Shown here piece by piece: positions 58,761-64,000 of a stretch of 64,000 nt of DNA. How positions within the stretch are numbered: the stretch's first letter is position 1; the number at the start of each line of letters is the position of its first letter. Source of the stretch: Parcubacteria group bacterium (lineage in GTDB: Bacteria > Patescibacteriota > Minisyncoccia > Moranbacterales > UBA2206); assembly GCA_041659505.1 (NCBI GenBank), contig JBAZYF010000005.1, positions 57,779 to 121,778 on the forward strand. The letters are read 5' to 3'. Below the pieces are notes generated by a model. It worked only from the letters and a program-made list of their open reading frames with translations, ran no database searches and was not told the origin of the DNA. Made by a program: the position numbers and the translations under genes.

Positions 58761-61412
58761 ATGGAATTACGATCTGACGGGCATAGGGTTGATGTTAACA
58801 GAGGCAATCAAGGTGATAATTTCTTTCGCAAGCCAGCTAACGTGGCGATGGATGGCGAAAGAATACCCGATACTAGCACGCCGCGCGGGCCAGAAAGAAT
58901 CAGGGATTCAAAAATTATCCTGCGAATACTGGATAGAATCATTGGCGCTAGTCTTTTTATGCTCATTTTTGGCATCCCGCTTTTTTTCACAGGAGCTGCT
59001 TCTCAAGGGATTGTTTTTGAAAAACAGATTTATTTCTATTTCTGGCTACTACTCGCCCTCATCTCTTGGTCGGCGAAAGGCGTGATTAACGAGGAGATGG
59101 ATATCCGTCGCACTCCGCTCGACATTCCGATCGTTATTTTTTGGTTGGTATATTTGGTATCTTCTTTTCTATCAGTTGATCGCTGGCATAGTTTTTGGGG
59201 TGCCTTTGGTGATCCATCGCGTGGTTTTATGAGCATAACAGCGATGATAATTGCGTACTATTTGATTATCAGTAATTTCAATGAAAAACGGCTGAAATTG
59301 ATGCTGACTGCTTTTATCAGCTCGGGCGCGGTTTTGTCTGTCTGGACACTTTTGCTTTTTTTCAATGTGCCTTTCACGGGCTTCTCTTTCGGCTCTTTGA
59401 TTCCTAATAGTATTGCTCAGTATATTCCACTAAGTCTTGTTGGCAGTGTTGGTGGATTGGGGGTGATTTTCTCTGTAATGATAATTTTGGTTTCCATGGT
59501 GATTCTAAAAGTAGCTGAAAATGAAAATTTGACCGTTGGAAAAAGAAAGGCACTTTTAGGATTTTTGATGTTTATTCTTGTAGCCGATCTATTTTTACTG
59601 CTTAATATCAGTGGTTATGTCATCTGGTCGGGGTTGTTTGTCGGAGTCGTATTATTTCTTGTCTATATCTTGTCAAAAATTGTCCGTCCACATCGCAACT
59701 GGGTCTGGTTGCCGATGGTTCTTTTTGTGCTGATTATGATTGTCAAGATGACCGGTTCAGTTTCTTTAGTATCAGAAAAAATTAGTTTGCCAGTGGAAGT
59801 CAGTCCGGATTCCTTCATGGAAAACTATAAAGCATCGACGACGATTGCCACTAGTTCTCTGAAGCATAATTTTCTGATTGGTTCCGGCCCTGCTACCTAT
59901 TCCTATGACTTCTCTCTCTATAAACCGCAAGCTTTCAATGACTCGATGTTTTATAATTTGCGCTTCTCCCAAGCTTCCGGGCTTTTCTTTGAAGCGATCT
60001 CAACCATCGGCGGGCTGGGAACGATCGCACTACTAATTCTCGCTCTCTCTTATCTTAGTGTCAGCTTTTATCTTATCTCGCGAGACAAAGAGAAAAATAA
60101 GTTGTATTCCCTGGGCGCTTTTTCTGCGGCGATTATTGCACTCGTGGCTGTGGCGACAACGAAGCTGGAGGGCAGCGTTCTGTTTTTTTCCATACTCTTG
60201 GGGATTTTTTCACTCGCAGTAATTTTGTTTGAGAGTGAGGCGAAACCGAGATATTTGGCTCTTTCGCTTAAGGCCTCTCCTAAGTTTGCCTTAGCTTTAG
60301 CCTTCATTTTTATGCTTGTCAGTGCTGGCGTGGCTTTCCTGTTTGTATTTTTGGGAAAAGTATACGTTGCGGATGTTTACGCGGGAAGAGCTGCACAGGC
60401 GTCTAGTCAGAATCAGGAAGATTCCATAATGAAAATGGGAAAAGCGATCGGACTCAATGCTAAGGAGGGCTTCTACTATACCAAAGCCAGTGTTTATTAT
60501 ATGATGCTGGCAAATAAGGAAGCACTTAAATCCGAACAAGAACGCAACGTTGATAATATCAGAAACTACATAAACTATTCTGTTTCAGCTGCTACGAAAG
60601 GATTAGAAATGAATAATAATAGCGTAGAAACGGTCGAGGCGTTGGCGCAGATTTATGAGAATTCAGGAATGTATGTTCCTGACTCATTGAAATTAGCGGA
60701 GTCCACCTATCAAAAAGCCCTCATGCTTGAGCCACATAATCCAAACTATCTTCTTAAGCTGGGACAGATCAAAATCGCCGATGGTGCGACGAAAAAAGAC
60801 GAAGGAGAGCGAAAAGCCCTTTTTAATGAAGCCAAGGATTTTTTCCAAAAATCCGTTTCAGAAAAAAATAACTTCGCTCCTGGCTATTATCAACTATCTT
60901 TGATCCAGGACGCGCTTGGCGAGACGGACAGCGCGATTGAAAATTCAACTAAGGCCGCACAGCTTGATTCTAAAAATTCGGACTATTTGCTCAGTCTGGC
61001 CAACATGTATCGTCTGCGAGCAAAAAATGATGATCTGAAGATTGCTGAAGAAATTTTCAAGATGGTAGTCAAAGCGGATGACAAAAATATCAATGCTCAC
61101 TTCTATCTTGGCTTAGCTTACGAGAAGGACAAAAATAAGGATGGGGCTAAGGAGGAATATCGAAAGGTGGTTGGACTTCTTTCTGGCGATGGTTCTGCTG
61201 ATACAAAAAAGCAATTGGAAAAAATGATCAGCAATATCGACAAGGGAGTGGAGAATACTCCAGAAAATCTTGGTTTGACCACTAATGCTCCGGCGCAAGC
61301 TCCAGTGACACCAGCAGCAGATTCTTACGTCAATCCTAATCCAGGAACAACTCCGCTAGAGCAGGTTCCTCCTGCACCAGAGGTTAATCCCGCAGTACAA
61401 CCGACGCCTTAA
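58761..61412 (+). CDS. Polytopic membrane protein (~12 TM, O-antigen-ligase/Wzy-like topology) with C-terminal TPR repeats and a Pro-rich tail; start uncertain
   Basis: Many TM helices in the first ~500 aa. TPR-like helices at AQIYENSGMY...YQKALMLEPHNPNYLLKLGQI, YYQLSLIQDALGETDSAIENSTKAAQLD and AHFYLGLAYEKDKNKDGAKEEYRKVV. Confidence 0.55.
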   Translation: MELRSDGHRVDVNRGNQGDNFFRKPANVAMDGERIPDTSTPRGPERIRDSKIILRILDRIIGASLFMLIFGIPLFFTGAASQGIVFEKQIYFYFWLLLALISWSAKGVINEEMDIRRTPLDIPIVIFWLVYLVSSFLSVDRWHSFWGAFGDPSRGFMSITAMIIAYYLIISNFNEKRLKLMLTAFISSGAVLSVWTLLLFFNVPFTGFSFGSLIPNSIAQYIPLSLVGSVGGLGVIFSVMIILVSMVILKVAENENLTVGKRKALLGFLMFILVADLFLLLNISGYVIWSGLFVGVVLFLVYILSKIVRPHRNWVWLPMVLFVLIMIVKMTGSVSLVSEKISLPVEVSPDSFMENYKASTTIATSSLKHNFLIGSGPATYSYDFSLYKPQAFNDSMFYNLRFSQASGLFFEAISTIGGLGTIALLILALSYLSVSFYLISRDKEKNKLYSLGAFSAAIIALVAVATTKLEGSVLFFSILLGIFSLAVILFESEAKPRYLALSLKASPKFALALAFIFMLVSAGVAFLFVFLGKVYVADVYAGRAAQASSQNQEDSIMKMGKAIGLNAKEGFYYTKASVYYMMLANKEALKSEQERNVDNIRNYINYSVSAATKGLEMNNNSVETVEALAQIYENSGMYVPDSLKLAESTYQKALMLEPHNPNYLLKLGQIKIADGATKKDEGERKALFNEAKDFFQKSVSEKNNFAPGYYQLSLIQDALGETDSAIENSTKAAQLDSKNSDYLLSLANMYRLRAKNDDLKIAEEIFKMVVKADDKNINAHFYLGLAYEKDKNKDGAKEEYRKVVGLLSGDGSADTKKQLEKMISNIDKGVENTPENLGLTTNAPAQAPVTPAADSYVNPNPGTTPLEQVPPAPEVNPAVQPTP

Positions 61413-61512
61413 TTGGTCGTCTTGAAAAAACAAGAAATAAAAATTAAAAAATAAAATTCATCTTGCGGTGGTTCACTTTTGGACCAGCGAAGCACTGCAA
61501 GAGGACAAAAAA

Positions 61513-62208
61513 ATGGACAATATTAAAACCTGGGGGGAGGCCATCACGCTCTCGCTCATTAATGTTGGAGAGAAGATGATGAATTTTTTGCCGACGCTAT
61601 TGGGCGCACTGATCGTGCTTGTGGCTGGCTGGATCATGGCAGTAACACTTGGCAGATTGGTGGCAAAAATGGTTTCGGAATTAGGCGTTGATAGCGCAAT
61701 GAAAAAGATGGGTTTTGGTGGAGGTAAGAGTTCTAAGAATGGCCTTAATCTCACAGTTTCCAATATTGTCGGCGGCCTTTTCGAATGGTTTTTGATTTTG
61801 GTTTTTCTAATGGCGGCGACAGACATTTTGCATCTTGATCAGGTAACGATTTTTCTCAACAAAATAATTCTCTACCTGCCGAACGTTATGGTCGCGGTAG
61901 TGATTCTCACGGCCGTATTTCTTTTGGGAAATTTTGTCTATCACATCGTCAAAGGCAGTACGCGCGCGGCTGGCGTAATGTCAGCAACGCTCCTGGCGAC
62001 AATTTCCAAGTGGGCGATTATCATCTTTGGTTTTTTTGCCGCGCTGATCCAATTGGGTGTGGCTAATTCTCTCGTCAACACAATGTTTATCGGCCTCATT
62101 GCAATGATCGCTCTGGCCGGCGGATTGGCTTTTGGCTTGGGCGGACGCGACGAAGCGCAACTGATTCTCAAAAAACTGCGAGAAGAATTGACGGAAGGGA
62201 GGAAATAG
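61513..62208 (+). CDS. Membrane protein with repeated 'conserved TM helix' units (MscS-N-terminal-like)
   Basis: Repeats LLGALIVLVAGWIMA / ILVFLMAATDIL / AVVILTAVFLLGNFVYHIV / AIIIFGFFAALIQLGV. Confidence 0.5.
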   Translation: MDNIKTWGEAITLSLINVGEKMMNFLPTLLGALIVLVAGWIMAVTLGRLVAKMVSELGVDSAMKKMGFGGGKSSKNGLNLTVSNIVGGLFEWFLILVFLMAATDILHLDQVTIFLNKIILYLPNVMVAVVILTAVFLLGNFVYHIVKGSTRAAGVMSATLLATISKWAIIIFGFFAALIQLGVANSLVNTMFIGLIAMIALAGGLAFGLGGRDEAQLILKKLREELTEGRK

Positions 62209-62334
62209 AAAAATATTATTTTATCCAAATCGTAGAGACGCTCTCGACTAGGCGAGGACGTCTCTTTTTTGTGTATTTTTTGTTGTTTTTTGGCGAAAAT
62301 TAGGTATAATAATAGTGTAAGAAAAAATATAAAA

Positions 62335-63738
62335 ATGCAAAACCTAAAACTAAAAATATTTTTTCTGGCAATAATTTTTGGCTGGGTTTTTGGTGTGGCG
62401 GAAAAATCTTTTGGGGCGACGATCAATGCGGTGAGTTGTTCCTATAATGATGTGAGTAGTGCTATTACAGCTGCTTCGCCGGAAGACACTGTTGTCGTTC
62501 CGCAAGGATCGTGCATTTGGAATTCCGGGCTCAATATTACAAAAGGTATTAATCTGATCGGAGGACTGGGTGGCGTAACAACAATTACGGCCGCGACTTC
62601 ATTTGGTGATGATTTTATGATTAAATATTCTCCTACTACTAATAACTTGCAATATAATTATGCCTTTCGATTAAGTGGTTTTACTATTGATGCCGATAAT
62701 AAAGCGCACGGAGTAGTTCTTGGCGGACAGATCGATCCGCCCTATGTCATGCAAGACAAAGTTAGGGTCGATCATAATATTATTCAAAATACGCTTGGAT
62801 ATAAGGGAATCTGGAATTTTTGCAATTTTTATGGCGTTGTCGATAATAATATAATCACTAATGCTGATTATCCAATTAAGAATGACACGCAATCAAGCGA
62901 AGTGAGTTGGTATTCCAATGCGCCCCAAAATATTTTCATATCCGGAACGAATAATTATCTGTATTTTGAGGATAATACTATTACCTATGAAGGCCATCCA
63001 GACGGTTTGGCTCTTGAGTCGCAATTTAATGGCCGTTATGCTGCTCGCTATAACACGATTATTGCTCATGGACCATCCTATTCACTTTTTGAAGCACATG
63101 GCCATCAAGGAGAGGGTTCTAGTGGCGAAACGATGGGTAGTACTTTTGGTGCGGAAGTCTATGGTAATCGGGTTGAGGCGGCGGATTATCATATGATTTT
63201 TTTTAAAACCAGAGGCGGGCGATCATTCATATTTTATAACAGTGTAGCTACAACTTATGTTTTAAGCAATGAAGCTTATGATGGTCTTTTAACTTGCCCA
63301 GCTATTTATGCTTATGAGCAGATGATTCATGATACCTATTGGTGGCAAACTCGCAAAGACTTTACTGGCTCGTTAGCTGAGACAGCTGCTGATCATCCTC
63401 TTGGTGTTACTTGTGCCGGTTTAGCTAATCGTCCAACTCTAGGCAGGGATGTTTTTTCTGATTCTTCCAGCCCTGGAGTCGGATGCGGTATTTTAGAAAA
63501 TCGCCCATTAACATGTATCGTCGGGCAAGGATATTGGGCTACAAATCAGTCCTGTGCTGATTTGACCGGCATGGTTGGAACAAATCCCGCAACGCCAATT
63601 TCCGGCACACTCTATAAATGTACACAAGAAAATACTTGGACAGCTTTTTATACGCCTTATGTTTATCCTCATCCACTGCGCAATGAAAGTAGTGACACCA
63701 CTCCGCCAAGCTCGCCAATTGGACTTATGGTAGAATAA
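62335..63738 (+). CDS. Secreted protein, probably beta-helix-containing; first of two tandem paralogs
   Basis: Signal peptide MQNLKLKIFFLAIIFGWVFGVAEKSFGATINAVSCSYNDV. Contains the parallel-beta-helix-like stretch NIIQNTLGY...VVDNNIITNA...FEDNTITYE. Confidence 0.6.
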   Translation: MQNLKLKIFFLAIIFGWVFGVAEKSFGATINAVSCSYNDVSSAITAASPEDTVVVPQGSCIWNSGLNITKGINLIGGLGGVTTITAATSFGDDFMIKYSPTTNNLQYNYAFRLSGFTIDADNKAHGVVLGGQIDPPYVMQDKVRVDHNIIQNTLGYKGIWNFCNFYGVVDNNIITNADYPIKNDTQSSEVSWYSNAPQNIFISGTNNYLYFEDNTITYEGHPDGLALESQFNGRYAARYNTIIAHGPSYSLFEAHGHQGEGSSGETMGSTFGAEVYGNRVEAADYHMIFFKTRGGRSFIFYNSVATTYVLSNEAYDGLLTCPAIYAYEQMIHDTYWWQTRKDFTGSLAETAADHPLGVTCAGLANRPTLGRDVFSDSSSPGVGCGILENRPLTCIVGQGYWATNQSCADLTGMVGTNPATPISGTLYKCTQENTWTAFYTPYVYPHPLRNESSDTTPPSSPIGLMVE

Positions 63739-63752
63739 TTCTCAACTAAAAA

Positions 63753-64000
63753 ATGCCAATCAAAAACTTAAAACTAAAAATCTTTTTTCTCGCAATTATC
63801 TTTGGTGGAATTTTTGGAGTGGCGGAAAAAACTTTTGGCGCGACGATCAACGCGGTGAGTTGTTCCCAGATTGATGTTCAATCTGCTATAGATGCATCAG
63901 TGAGTGGGGATACTGTTTCAGTTCCAGCTGGAGATTGCACTTGGAGTTCTGAGGTTACCATTCCTGACTCAAAGGGTATTACGATTGAGGCTAATAGTTC
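63753..64000 (+). CDS. Secreted paralog of 62335..63738 (5' partial, runs off the window end)
   Basis: MPIKNLKLKIFFLAIIFGGIFGVAEKTFGATINAVSCSQIDV is almost identical to the N-terminus of the upstream protein. Confidence 0.55.
   Translation, partial: MPIKNLKLKIFFLAIIFGGIFGVAEKTFGATINAVSCSQIDVQSAIDASVSGDTVSVPAGDCTWSSEVTIPDSKGITIEANS

Overview
This 64-kb window is AT-rich (roughly 40% GC by eye) and almost entirely coded on the + strand; it reads like a small-genome bacterium with a cell-surface-centred lifestyle. I infer a Candidate Phyla Radiation/Patescibacteria-like origin; that is not proven. Standard genetic code appears to be in use.

Called with good support from recognisable motifs:
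- a complete type IV pilus/competence-type cluster: pilM-N-O-B, an embedded CheY-like receiver, pilT, pilC, two major pilins, prepilin peptidase PilD and four minor pilins
- housekeeping genes recO, ligA, gatC, gatA, tyrS, gyrB, rubrerythrin and an LD-carboxypeptidase
- three tRNAs: two with CAU anticodons and tRNA-Asp(GUC)
- a histidine kinase/response regulator pair, and five single-domain receiver proteins of which two are atypical

The accessory content is the more interesting part:
1. A SipW-type signal peptidase sits with two TasA/camelysin-like 'SipW-cognate' fibre proteins, one carrying a parallel beta-helix.
2. Three consecutive secreted proteins share a novel ~45-aa 'NSGDN...TGDA...NTNI' repeat.
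3. A 1707-codon surface-protein ORF carries Myxococcus-type Cys-rich repeats, TSP3-like and SdrD-B-like domains. Its canonical LPETG sorting signal is read through in-frame into a second signal-peptide-bearing module, and a sortase gene lies immediately downstream.
4. Three tandem Cys-rich mini-proteins lie between receiver domains.
5. A kinase / NadR-like nucleotidyltransferase / class III aminotransferase / PaaK(LuxE)-like ligase / LuxC-like reductase island suggests an undescribed carboxylate-to-amine modification pathway.
6. Several families of conserved intergenic elements recur: an ACAAA-N7-TTTGT operator fixed 15 nt upstream of two promoters, a 57-nt T7-GTATTCTACGAATTA-CCTGCCTA...GGCAGGCAGG module in three copies, and GTGTCATCC/GGATGACAC palindromes.
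7. Heptanucleotide tandem repeats are inserted in-frame inside ligA.

No CRISPR array, transposase or integrase was seen.
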